From positions 56,854,001-56,918,000 of the forward strand of contig NC_043006.1 in assembly GCF_006345805.1 (NCBI RefSeq): a stretch of 64,000 nucleotides of DNA. Reading direction: 5' to 3'. Positions 1-11,500 of this stretch are shown here, one piece after another. This stretch comes from Octopus sinensis. Its lineage: Eukaryota. The translations under genes were made by a program, and so were the position numbers. Position 1 is the stretch's first letter. Each line of letters begins with the position of its first letter. The notes under the pieces are model-generated. The model searched no databases and was not told the origin of the DNA. It saw only the letters and a list, made by a program, of their open reading frames with translations.

Positions 1-677
1 CTACTTGAAGCTATTCCTGGTGATGTCCACGTCTACAAATCTATAGATAGGACAGCAGACCCCGCCGAGCTTACCGATTATCCTGTTGAATTCCTGAATT
101 CACTTGAACCGCCAGGCCTGCCGCCACACATCCTGAAGTTAAAAGTCGGTGCGCCCATTATGCTCATCAGGAATTTGGTTCCACCTAAACAGTGCAACGG
201 CACACGTTTGGTTGTGAAACATTTGGCACCACATTTAATAACGGCCACAATACTTACCGGTTGTGGGAAGGGAGAGGACGTCTTCATTCCACGGATGCAC
301 CTTCAACCGTCGGGCGCTGACCTACCAATCCACTTCAGGCGTTTTCAGTTTCCTGTTAAACTCTGCTTCGCAATGTTCATCAATAAATCCCAAGGCCAAA
401 CGCTACAAGTCGCTGGGTTACATTTGGGCGAACAGTGCTTCGCCCACGGTCAACTCTACGTGGGCTGTTCACGCGTTGGGAGGCGCAATGATGTTTTCAT
501 GTTTTCGCCCAAAGGGACAGCTAGGAACATCGTATATACAGAAGTATTCGAGTGAAGAGAAGACATTGCAACCTCCACATGCACCTTCGTTCCCTGGAGG
601 GAAAGGACTACATTGGGATTAGTCGTTGCCTACTAGGGGCTCTTACATACCCGAGCAACGCCGGGCTATGCTGCTAG
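1..677 (+). mobile_element. Helitron 3' end: C-terminal PIF1-like helicase coding segment (to stop at 555) plus hairpin-CTAG terminus
   Basis: Translation [74 protein letters not shown] matches PIF1/Helitron helicase motifs. CCCGAGCAACGCCGGG hairpin at 650-665, CTAG at 674-677, then T/(TA)n. Confidence 0.93.
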
Positions 678-689
678 TATATATATATA

Positions 690-1075
690 AGAATCGTCAA
701 AGCGTCGGGCAAAATGCTTTCTGGTACTTCTTCCGGCGCTTTACGTTATGAGTCCAATTTCCGCTGAGGTTGAATTTGCCTTCCATCATTTCGGGGTCGA
801 TAAAATAAGCACTATTTTAAACAAGTACCAGTTTGACAATGGTGCTAACGCAATCAATATACCTCCTCCCTAGAGATTGCTGACCTTGTGCCAAAATTTT
901 AAACCAAAGGCTGCGAGTTGGCAGAAACGTGAAAATACCGAGCAAAATGCTTAGCGGGATTTCGTCTGTCTCTACGTTCTGAGTTCTAATTCTGTCGAGG
1001 TTTACTTTGCATTTCATCCTTTCAAGGTTGATAAATTAAGTGCAAGTCCAGTACAGGGGTCGATGCAATCGACTT
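690..1075 (+). mobile_element. Two adjacent degenerate copies of SINE family B (~690-905 and ~912-1075)
   Basis: Both share GCAAAATGCTT..TACGTT(C/A)TGAGT..GAGGT..TTTGC..TCATC..GTCGATAAA..AAG. Related copies lie at 13213, 22207, 36070, 43575, 52330 and 53668. Confidence 0.7.
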
Positions 1076-1103
1076 GTAACGAAACACATTCTCTCTCTCT
1101 CTT

Positions 1104-1146
<43 letters not shown>

Positions 1147-1197
1147 TTCTCTCTCTCTCTCCCTCTCTCTCTCTGAGATATACAATACAAATAACGT

Positions 1198-2178
1198 CGT
1201 AGCAGATAGCAGTCATCCTTCGGCTGCTTAGGACCAGTTGTGTCCGCTGCCCTGATTGGTTGGTTTTGGTGCAGTTTTATCTCTTGCTTTATTTCGCGCC
1301 AATGTGTAAACCAACCATTCACAACCTTCACATAAGGTCCCGTGATACAGTCTTCTAGGTTCTTCTCTGGAGCCCACTAATGTCTTTATAAGGTAGTCAC
1401 GACAAACCATTTGTGTCTTTGGTTCTAGTCCTTCTTAGGGCTAACTGCTGACCACAAACCAGACAGCCAGTTCCAGCGCCAACACCACCGCAGCATTTCA
1501 GGACCTTTCTCCGCCGTCGCCATCACCCTCGTCGACTTCAACAATATGTACACATCAACATCGTTCCAGGTTTAACTTCACGCTGTTTGTGAATACTGAC
1601 CAAGATTAACAGCTCCAGTCTACCTGCGAGATCTTTTGTACCAAGTGATCCGGCATAGGATAGAAACTACAACTTCTACACGCGTAGTAACCGGCTCTCC
1701 ACTTTGCCTCAACCTCTCTGTTACAGAACTAACTATTGTGTATCTTACGAACTGGTAATTAACTCCATTAGTCTGAACACTCATTTCTATGCTCTGTATT
1801 ATCTCACACACATACACCTTATTTTGTACACACACATTGTATGTTTGACGGTCTGTCTTATTATGTACACAATTATAACGCACTCACGAACACACAGACA
1901 CACAATTATGTCGCAGTCACGAATACACCTTGTTTGTACTTATATCGCCCACACAGACACACACTTGTTGCATTCATAGACAAACACTCTGCTCCTCACG
2001 AACACATCTGTAAATAAAGTCTTTTCTCTTATACATAATACGGTTGTGTTTTCCTCCTTATTCTTTCTTGGCACTGGTATTCTTTTATTCTATGTATTTT
2101 GGTTTCTTTTGTCGGCGACCGTGCGGCGTTTAAAAGGAGATATTGGTCATCATCTCCTTTACGTACGGTCGCTCTACA
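1198..2178 (+). mobile_element. Putative solo LTR (~1 kb)
   Basis: CCAAT-type boxes at 1254-1316, TATA-like CTTTATAAGG at ~1384, AATAAA at ~2013, T-rich tail, ends ..CTACA. The start is CGTAG (possibly a decayed TGTAG). No TSD is visible. Confidence 0.4.
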
Positions 2179-2360
2179 GACTTATCCTCTTTCCCAAAAT
2201 TTCAGGGCATGTGCCAAACTCGGATTAAGTGTCACCGTGCGGTACCCTATTCAAATGTTTTCTATTGCAGTAGTTTAGGAATCACCAATGCCTTGTGAGT
2301 GAATTTGATAGGTTGAAAGGGGAAACTATACAGAGACATGTCACGTGCGCATGCGTGCAT

Positions 2361-2409
<49 letters not shown>

Positions 2410-2411
<2 letters not shown>

Positions 2412-4620
2412 TTATTACAAAATCGGTAATATGCACTTGGAAATATGCATCATTGCTCACGTTAATGCCCAGGTCACGCACTGAGTTTGATTCAGGGATT
2501 ACGCTTCCTCCCGGGACAGTGTATCCTGTCAGCATGTCGTTCAGCTTTGTGGGTTGGTAGCGCAGGGCTTGTATTGTCTGAGAGACTTTTGTGTCATCTG
2601 CATAATTAGCAACGGTGGCTATCTGAACAGCTGAGGATATGTCTGAGAGGGTTACTATGAATAGCAATGGCCCTAAGACAGTGCCCTGTGGAACACCACT
2701 TGCTATTTGTGTTTCCTTGGAGGTGGTTCCGTTGGCAACCACTGCCTGACATCTATCTTTTGGAAAGCCGTGCAGCCACTCTCCAAGTTTTCCGACTATA
2801 CCGAGATCACTCAGTGGCCGTCTTTATCAAAGGCTTTTTGCAAAGTCGAGATAGATCACATCCACACTTGTATCGTTTAGCAGCTGTTTTAACAGCCTGT
2901 CTTAGTGTTGCAAGAGCTGTGGTATGAAGCTTCTACCTGGTCGAAATCCATGCTGAGTGTCAGTCAGCAAAGCCTTTTCTTGAAGGAACGCGATTAGTTT
3001 CTTGCAGACTATTCATTCCATGACTTTGTTGATGTATGAGGTCAGAGAGATAGGCCTCTAATTTTTAGCTTCTGCTCTGCTTCCTCCCTTATTATCCCTT
3101 CCTTTAGTTTGTCTGCGAGCTTACCGCTTGCAAGAAAGCTCTGAAAAAGAAACTGCAGTGGTTTGCAAAGGCTCGTTTATACGATTTGAGAAAGACCACT
3201 GGGAATCCATCAGGGCCAGTAGCTGAGTCTGTGTTAACCTCATCTATGGCCAGTGTTACATCTTCAATGTTAATGCAATCAACTTTTGCCTCTTTGGTTA
3301 CAAGTAAAATGACAAAGAATTCTACTGGTTTGTTTATCCTAACCCTGTGTTCCAGAAGTGTAGTGAGTACACTTTGGAACTGTTCGTTCTGTATTTCACT
3401 GATCCTAGTTAGGCTTCCTGTAAAGGAACCATCTTTTTTGGAAGAGAGGTCCTATCTTGTGGCGTACTGAGGCTGTTTCTTTGACAAAGTTAAAGAAAGC
3501 TTTAGGGTTCGACTTGACATTTCTTTAACCCAAGCTTCCTTATCTGCTCTCTTATTTTTATATGAGATTGATGCAGATTTTTCTCAATCTCCAACAGCGC
3601 TCTCTCCAGACGACACTTCTCTCCACTTTTGGGGTGTTTGCTCAGGCGGTTCGCAATCTTTGTCCGTCGTCTCATAATAATCTTCCTCTCCCTAGAGATC
3701 TTGTTTTTGTGTATGTTGGCCCTGAGCACTGGGACAGATTTGTAATATATGGCTTGCATTATGGACATGAAACATTTGTGTTTCATGCCAATGTCTTGTG
3801 TGGAGAGACCTTAAGACCAATCCTGTTTGAGGACCTCTTTCTCAATCAACTTCCAATTTGCTTTATGAAAATTTTAGTTTGGAGTGATTTTGGGTGCTTC
3901 GTATAGGCTACACGTCTCCAGAGGCATTTGTTCTATACGTAGACAGTTCTATTATGTTGTGATCCGAGACCAGCGTCGGTGTCACTTGAACTTTATGGAT
4001 AACGTTGATACTGATTGTGTAGCAGAAATCCAGTACATTGTTTGCCTTGATTGGTTGCAGCAGAAATTGGTCCATGAAAGAAGCATTGGTAAGGTGGAGC
4101 AGGGACTCCGCCTGTGCTTGCTGGTGGTGTGTCATTCCTGGAAGGAGCATCTGGCCCGCAGGCCATCCCACATTGGGGAAGTTTAAATCTCCCAAAAGGA
4201 ATACACTGATGTGTTGTTCCAGTTTGGTGAGAACTCCTATTTTCGTTAGGCAGTCTTCAAACTTACCTGTATGATTTGGAGCATCCAGTGGGTGATATGT
4301 AGTACATCAATATTAAGTTGTCTTATGTGTACCATTTGAGTGTCACGCACTCATATGACAGCAGGGCCTGAGGTGTGAGGTCCTCTCGGAATTACACAGC
4401 AACTCCACCATGGCTCCCTTCTCGATCTGGGCGTATGGCAACATATTGTGGTATGTGTATTTCTGCTTCCCCTGTATCATGTCTAAGGTGCGTTTCCACA
4501 AGTGCTATGCATAGAGTTTGATTGCATGCAGCAAGGTCTCGCAGGGACGAAATTTTTGTTTTACAGTTGTCGTGCTACAGCCCTCCGATATTTAGTAGAA
4601 ATATTTTTGTGACGTCTGTG
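2410..4620 (-). pseudogene. Degenerate CR1/Jockey-group LINE ORF2 (AP endonuclease + reverse transcriptase)
   Basis: APE motifs LLGDLNFPNVGW and QFLLQPIKANNVLDF and SDHN; RT motifs SGVPQGTVLGPLLF and NYADDTK, then VRDLGI. Many frameshifts and stops. Confidence 0.9.
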
Positions 4621-4744
4621 TTGGTGTTACTGGTGGCCATTCTGTATCTGTTGTCGGTGGCGGCCTTGTCTGGTGGTTGGTGTAGTTCCAAGTTTGTGTG
4701 TGTCTAGCCAGTTCAGCTGCTGGACAACCTTTTGTGCCATGCTC

Positions 4745-5262
4745 AAAACTGATTGTTGTTCAGCTGCTGCCCTGGGTGAAGCCAGTCGTTTGTTGAACCA
4801 CGCACTACATCCGCATATTGTCTTTCGGAAGTAGATAGTGCGCCTTTTTTTCTTCTTTGGTGCCTTTCCTTTTGTGTATGTATATATACTAGATATATGA
4901 GACGACTTCGCCGGAGGTGCGATTTCTCCTTTTGGTGCCTTTGCGCTGGGTGAAGGGCATTCTGCCTTAATGTGGCCTTTTTTCCCACATTTAAAGCAGC
5001 TGGGCGTCCTGTCCTCCACCATGGCTCAATTTGATGTCCCCACCAACCGTGATGGCTCCACCATCCTTTCTAAATCTTCTGGAGTGGTCTGGACCACCAT
5101 TTCCAGCCCCTGTCCCTGCCAATTTCTTGTCGGCACTCTTTTTGCTTGGAGGACAACAGATTGTTGTCCCCCAAGCAAATAGATGTTGCCTGGCTAATAG
5201 CCAGGCAACATCTACTTCAAGAAGGATCTCATCTACCCTTACCCGAGAAGCATGTCTTGAGG
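4745..5262 (-). pseudogene. L1/Tx1-type ORF1 remnant with CCHC zinc knuckle
   Basis: VEDRTPSCFKCGKKGHIKAECP (CX2CX4HX4C) followed by a Lys-rich linker; frameshifted. Confidence 0.75.
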
Positions 5263-5282
5263 GGACTAAATACAAATCAATA

Positions 5283-6720
5283 CAGTTTTATTTCTCTATT
5301 ACCCATAAGAGGCCAACATAGAGGGATGACACAAGGTGGGAACAAAAAAAACAGATAGAAAGGAATAAAATAGATAAATGAAATAATGACAAATGAAATG
5401 AAGCCACTCGGCCCAACCTCCAAGCGTCTTCATTTATCCTGTTAGTTACAGCTTTTTTTAAAAACAATATTTAAAACAGTTAATTTTCATCATGTCGAAA
5501 AATGTCTATGGTAAAGTTATTCAAAAACTTATAATGACTTACCCACTCTGGTATCGTGCTGGTGTCAGTTTTCTTGATCCAGCACTCAAAGTCTTCCTTA
5601 TAATCCTTTAATTTCGAAATATACTTTGGGTCCACCACCACGCAATTGTAGTGCCAGGGTGTCCCAGTACATCCTATAGTGTTCACCAGTATTATTCTGT
5701 CCCAGGAGCCTATCTCCTATTGCAGTTTATCGTTAGGTCCATTGTATAAGATGACATTTTTTCTTCACATGGCGGGGGTGGGGAAGTTTGGGGGCTTCTG
5801 TGTGTGTTGTGCTTATCTTTCAGTGTCAGATGGGAGAGGGTTGGTGTCTGCAGGGAAGGGTGGGACGGAGTGGGTTTGGGTGGGAGTCGGATGGGTGTGG
5901 GATGGGGGTCAACATTTACAGAATGTGCTTTCTTTTTCCTTTTTCTTTTTTTCCCCTGCTATTTCCCATTCGTTCTTTTCATTGCTCACCTCCTCTTCCT
6001 CGGCGCTAGTACATATATTTTCCGAGTTCTGATAACTCTACCTTCTTGTACTGGCTTTTGGCCACTGCCGCAAAATCCATTTTCTTTTCTGCAGGAGTGG
6101 CTGTGTGGTAAGTAGCTTGCTTACCAACCGCAAGGTTCCGGGTTCAGTCCCACTGCATGGCACTTTGGGCAAGTGTCTTCTACTATAGCTTCGAGCCGAC
6201 CAAAGCCTTGTGAGTGGATTTGGTTGACGGAAACTGAAAGAAACCCGTCGTATATATGTATATGTATATATATTTCTGTGTGTATTTTGTGTGTCTGTGT
6301 TTGTCCCCCAACATCGCTTGACAGCCGATGCTGGTGTGTTTACGTCCCCATAACTTAGCGGTTCGGCAAAAGAGACCGATGGAATAAGTACTAGTCTTAC
6401 AAAAATAAGTCCTGAGGTCAATTTTCTCGACTCTAAAGGCGGTGCTCCAGCATTGCTGCAGTCAAATTACTGAAACAAGTAAAAGAATAAAGAGTAAAAG
6501 AGTTGTTTGTCCATAGAACCGATAGCCTTTAGTAATTCCTCCTCGGAAGACGTAAACTCTGAGAAGCTAAGGTTTTCATAAGTCATCATTATTTTTTTTA
6601 AATCACAGTGCTACCCACTTCGAGCAGGGGGGGGGCAGCGTCAACAAAACTGCCGTGGGCAGCAAAAACAAGTATCGTAAGGCAACAACAACTACTACTA
6701 ACAAGTAGAACTCAATACAC
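5283..6720 (-). mobile_element. Non-LTR-like element with L1/Tx1-type 3' tail and an uncharacterised ORF remnant, interrupted by a SINE
   Basis: 3' tail CTCTTATGGGTAATAGAGAAATAAAA resembles the tails at 8681 and 31835. Decayed ORF ..EEEEVSNEKNEWEIAGEKKKK..HYNCVVVDPKY..FECWIKKTDTSTIPEWVSH. A diverged second copy of the 3' part is at 6760-7030. Confidence 0.5.
6091..6503 (+). mobile_element. tRNA-derived SINE family A, full length
   Basis: A box TGGCTGTGTGG, B box GGTTCAGTCCC, internal (TA/TG) microsatellite, (AAGAGTA)-type tail. More than ten copies or halves in the window. Confidence 0.9.
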
Positions 6721-6759
6721 TTGACTAACCTTTCGAACGTAATCCATAAATGCGAGAGT

Positions 6760-7030
6760 GCCAACATAGAGGGGCAGCACAAGGTGGGGACAAAAAAAAA
6801 AAAACGAATATGAAGGATGAATAAAATAATAGATGAAAAATGACAAGTGAAATGAAGCCGTTCGGCACCACTTTCAAGCGACTCATTTAACCTGTTAATT
6901 CAACTTTTTAACACAGTGAATCATCTTTTTCAAAAATGTTTATATTATAATCTTTGAAAAGATTACGATGACTTACCCACTCAGGTAATGTGCTGGTGTC
7001 AATTTTTCTGACCCAGCATTCAAAGTCCAC
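6760..7030 (-). repeat. Diverged copy of the 3' part of the 5283-6720 element
   Basis: Aligns by eye with 5310-5595: GCCAACATAGAGGG..CACAAGGTGGG..GAAATGAAGCC..ATGACTTACCCACTC..GTGCTGGTGTCA. Confidence 0.75.
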
Positions 7031-7034
7031 ATGT

Positions 7035-8236
7035 TAGTAGAAAGCTCCGAGAAGATAGTAACATTGATAATCAAAACAGTCTATCATGGACCAATAACCG
7101 GATTACTATCTCGAACTTTGAAGGGTATATGTTTGCAATACCGGAACAGGAAATATCAACCAAGTATCTGATACACAAAAGGGATACAGATACAGAAAAA
7201 GCATAAAATGTGACAACCGATGAAGACTTTGTGGCGTTCACACGGAAGATATCATCCACATCATAAGCAGTTGTCCGAAAATCTCATTATGATATTATCT
7301 ACCGATGCGACATGATGTATCTAGGACACTCTATAATGAAATCCGTCAGAAGGATAATCCCGAGGACAAAGAACTAAGAACCCACAATATGGTAGAAACC
7401 ATAGCCACTCATAATAAAAAGGAATATTGGTGGAATGTACCAGTGAAGACCTCAGTAAAATGTAAGCACAACAGACCTGATATAATGATTTGGGATAGAG
7501 AAGAGAAACTGTGCACAGTTGTGGAAATTAGCTGCTCAGCAGGTGTTAACATAAAACAGATCAGTGAAAAAGAGAACACCTATGCTGAACTATGGAGAAA
7601 TCTGCAGTTAGTCTATACAGATTATAAGTTCAGGTTTATACCTGTAATTATTGGGGTCCTATGATATGTAACACACTGCCTAAATACCAGTCTTGAGAAA
7701 TTAGACTTCTCAAAACCAGAAAGGAAAAAGCTAATTCGAAGACTACAAATCCAATCCATCACTGGAACTGTAAAAATCTGTAAAAATCTCCAGAAGTTTA
7801 TCATTTAAATATATATGAGCATGTCTAGATATGTAACTATATGCATGGTGAATACATACATAAAACGTATAAATCGGCACATACATACATACATACATAC
7901 ATACATACATACATACATACATACATACATACATACATACATACATACATACATACATACATGCATGAATGCATGCATGCATACACACACACACACACAC
8001 ACGTACATACATACATACATGCATGCATGCATACATACATACATACATACGTACGTACGTACACACACACACACACACACATACATACATACATACATAC
8101 ATACATACATACATACATACATACATACATACATACAAAAATTCCAGTGTTGAAATTCCAATGGAGCCTTGGATCTAGTTAAAAAACCGGCTCTTTCTCA
8201 ATTGGCAAGAAATTTCGAAATAAACGGAATAATGAC
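7035..8236 (+). pseudogene. 3' part of an R4/Dong/NeSL-type RLE non-LTR retrotransposon with a (CATA)n array in its 3' region
   Basis: Decayed CCHC then RHD motif, then the restriction-like endonuclease HNRPDIMIWDREEKLCTVVEISC..KENTY. Stop at ~7808, (CATA)n at 7879-8137. Same family as 53860-55035. Confidence 0.88.
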
Positions 8237-8245
8237 ATACATACA

Positions 8246-8437
8246 TTACCTAAGTAATTTAATCAATGGTGGAGATTGGTATTATGTAAAGCTGCCGGTT
8301 GCTGTGATAGATATACGTAACACATTCTTTAATGTAGTTCTGTAATAAAATACCCATCTGAACAGCTGCTTTATTTACCTACATAAAGTAATCGGCAGCT
8401 CTACCAATTCCCACTACTGATTGAATTACTTAGGTAA
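8246..8437. repeat. Small fold-back/MITE-like element with ~60-bp imperfect inverted arms
   Basis: TTACCTAAGTAATTTAATCAATGGTGG.. versus ..CCACTACTGATTGAATTACTTAGGTAA; flanked by CATA repeats on the left and TATG repeats on the right. Confidence 0.7.
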
Positions 8438-8502
8438 TGTATGTATGTATGTATGTATGTATGTATGTATGTATGTATGTATGTATGTATGTATGTATGT
8501 AT

Positions 8503-11500
8503 GTCAGGTCGCTCTTGAGTGCTACTGGTAACATGTAATCCAGTAAAACCTGTCGCATGGTCGGGTCGTCGGCGACTAAACTGGCAACCCCACCAGGCTT
8601 ATTTGGTGAGGAGGGTGTTGTTGGACACCCTGCGGGATGAAAAATAAGACCTGTCAAAGGGCGGATGAACTCCTGAACAGTCAATTTCTTTATTAACCAT
8701 GAGGTTGAGAAAAAGAGGGGACGATACGAGGAAACAAACATTGGGGGTCAAGGGATTGAATGAGACGAAACGTATGAATAAACAAACAATTAAAATATAT
8801 ACAATTAAATGAGACTGAGTGATTTACAAAAAATGAAGCGGAGGGTGCGGTCGATCCCACAAGCCACATACTCACACTGAAGACGTTGCTTTGTCTTTTT
8901 TTGGTTCTCGTTTAGACAGGTTCTTTCACTCGCAACATAATTGCTACAGACTTCCATCTTTTACGAAACACACTTTGCGACAGGCATTTCTTCTCCAGCC
9001 TTATTTTCCGTTTCACGTGGAAAACGAAAAAGTCGATTAGCTCGAGACTGGAGATGAACATGCCTGTTGCAATTCCTTTCACTCTCGTCTTTCATACTAT
9101 CTCTTTCGCAACAGCAACTACCGAGACAAAACAGGCTTGCTCATTGGCAGATAGAAGCTCTTTAACATTGGTTGGTAATCTACTAAGGAGAAAGAAATCT
9201 CCGAAATAAAACCTGATGCCTTGGAAGTTTCTGCTTTTGTCAATTTCCATGTCACACCGGCAAAAGTCTTCTTGGGCCAATAGGTGGGGGTAGTGCAGTG
9301 CAAGCTACACTCACTGAAAATTGTTCATCTGCACAGGTATTTCCTGTACTCCAAATCTTGATAAAAATCATTGAATTGGTTGGTTGGTAGTAACCTAAAA
9401 ATGTACTTGAAACTTACTCCAAAATGTCTCAAACAGATTCAGTATATGGCAAAAAAGGCTTTGGAACGTCCGGGGTACAGGTCTGGCTCGGCAGATGTCC
9501 CAATGTATCACAGGCTGGACCGGTCGTCATCTTGCCACTGTGGTCAAACAATCTTCAAGAAAAAGGAAACATAAACATCCTTTGAATTTCAGTTGTTGGA
9601 AAGTGCGCACACTTCTTGATGATAATTTCAACAAGAGGCCAGAAAGGTGTACTGCACTTATTGCATGCGAGCTTAGGAAATATTCCCTTGATATAAATGC
9701 GCTCTCTTGAATCTCGTCTTTCTGGTCAAGTAAACGAACCTTCTAAAGGATATACTATCTTCTGGAGAGGTCTACCTAAGGGTCAGCGTAGAGAATCTGG
9801 TGTTGGGTTTACTCTCAAGAATATATTAGAATCCTCCATTGCAGAACTTCCAAGTGATATATCTGAGCGGATCATGTCATGCCGTATTAAACTGACAAAA
9901 GTTAGGTTTCTTACCGTTGTCAGTATTTATGCACCAACAATGTCCCATTCTGATGAAACTGTAGGACAGTTTTATGATGATCTAGCAAGCTCATCGACGA
10001 AAGTACCAATTTCAGACAAGCTGGTCATATTGGGATATTTCAATACAAGATTTGGAAAGGACTATGTTTCATGGCCTGTTTTAGGTCGACATAAGATTGG
10101 AAAATGCAATAAAAATGGAGTAACTGTATTGACGTTTGTACTGAGGATAATCTGGTTGCCACCAACACTCTGTTTAAGCAGAAAAAATATATAAAATCAC
10201 CTGGATGCACCCAAGATCTATGCACTGCCATCTCATAGATTATATTCTTATCAGAAAACGTGATATGAAAGACATTTCTAGCGTTCGGTCCATGAGAGGG
10301 GCAGAGAGCTGAACTGACCATCATCTAGTGCGTGGAAAAATAGATTTTTCGATAATATCTAAAAATCGACAGTCTGGTCCTAAGGTACCCCAAAATGTTA
10401 AATGTTGCAAAATTTAAATTATCAAGCAACCTGCAAAGATTCCACGATGCTATAGAAAGTATCAACCTTGACCCAAACAATCTGTGGAAAGATTTCAAAA
10501 CAAAAGTATTTCAGGCTGCAAGTTCATCAGTGGGATTTAAATCACATACGTCCAGTGACTGATTTTCAGATAGAGCAGCAGAAATTCATGATCTACCTTT
10601 AGAAAAACAAAGCTTAGGCAATACACTTCTTTCTCAGTCCTTGAACCCCAACTCAAACGAAACTTACAGAAAGCTGAAAAGGAAAGAGCAGACTGCTCTA
10701 AGGAAAATTAAACAGGATTGGTGGAATGATAGAGCAAAAGGAGCACAAGAAGCAGCTGATAGAAATGATGCCAAGGGTTTGTACTCTTATGATAATAAGG
10801 CATATGGCCCAAAATATCCTTCAATAGCTCCAGTGAGAACAGCAAATGAACGTTTTCTTCTGACTGACTCCGCTTCTATTCATAAGCGCTGGGTAGAACA
10901 TTTTTCTGCACTTTTGAATAGACCGTCACCCGCTGACATGACGACGATAGAAAAAATTGAACACCTTCCAGTTATAGAAGAGATGGCATTTAAACCAACT
11001 CTAAATGACATATATTTAGCTGTGAATAAGTTGAATAACAATAAGTCTCCAGGGTCTGATGGAATCTGTGCAGAAGTCTTGAAGTATGGGGGGTGATAAA
11101 ATGCTTGAAATCTTAAATATATTAATTTGTCACTGTTGGAGAACTGAGAAAGTGCTTCAAGACTGAATTGATGCCATTTTAGTCTACTCGTATAAATCGG
11201 GGCCAAATGATCTGTGTGGTAATTTTCGTGCGATTTCGCTTTTGTCTGTGGTTGGAAAGGTACTTGCCCGCATTTTGTTAGAACGTTTAAATACCTTCAT
11301 AGTTCCAAAAATAGTATTTGAGACTCAGTGTGGTTTTCGTTCCTCCAGGGGCACAGCTAACTGTATCTTTACTGTCAGAGAATTACAAGAAAAGTGCATT
11401 GAACAGAATCTTGCTCTATACCATTGCTTTGTTGATTTGAGCAAAGTATTCGATACTGTTAATCGAAATGCTCTGTGACTAATTCTCAGGAAAATAGGTT

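Noticed and set aside
6091-6170. tRNA gene calls for A/B-box sequences
   Set aside because: They are SINE heads: no full cloverleaf, and each is followed by a shared SINE body.
7743-8182. Long ORFs such as MYVCMYVC.., HTHTHT.., IYIYIY.. here and throughout the ORF track
   Set aside because: They are translations of (CATA)n, (CA)n and (TA)n microsatellites, with no evidence of coding function.
8503-8680. Possible HDV-like ribozyme in the RTE 5' leader (CCAGT/ACTGG pairing, CTAA, GTCG/CGAC hairpin)
   Set aside because: I could not build P1, P1.1 and the canonical L3 with correct spacing; a covariance-model search would be needed.
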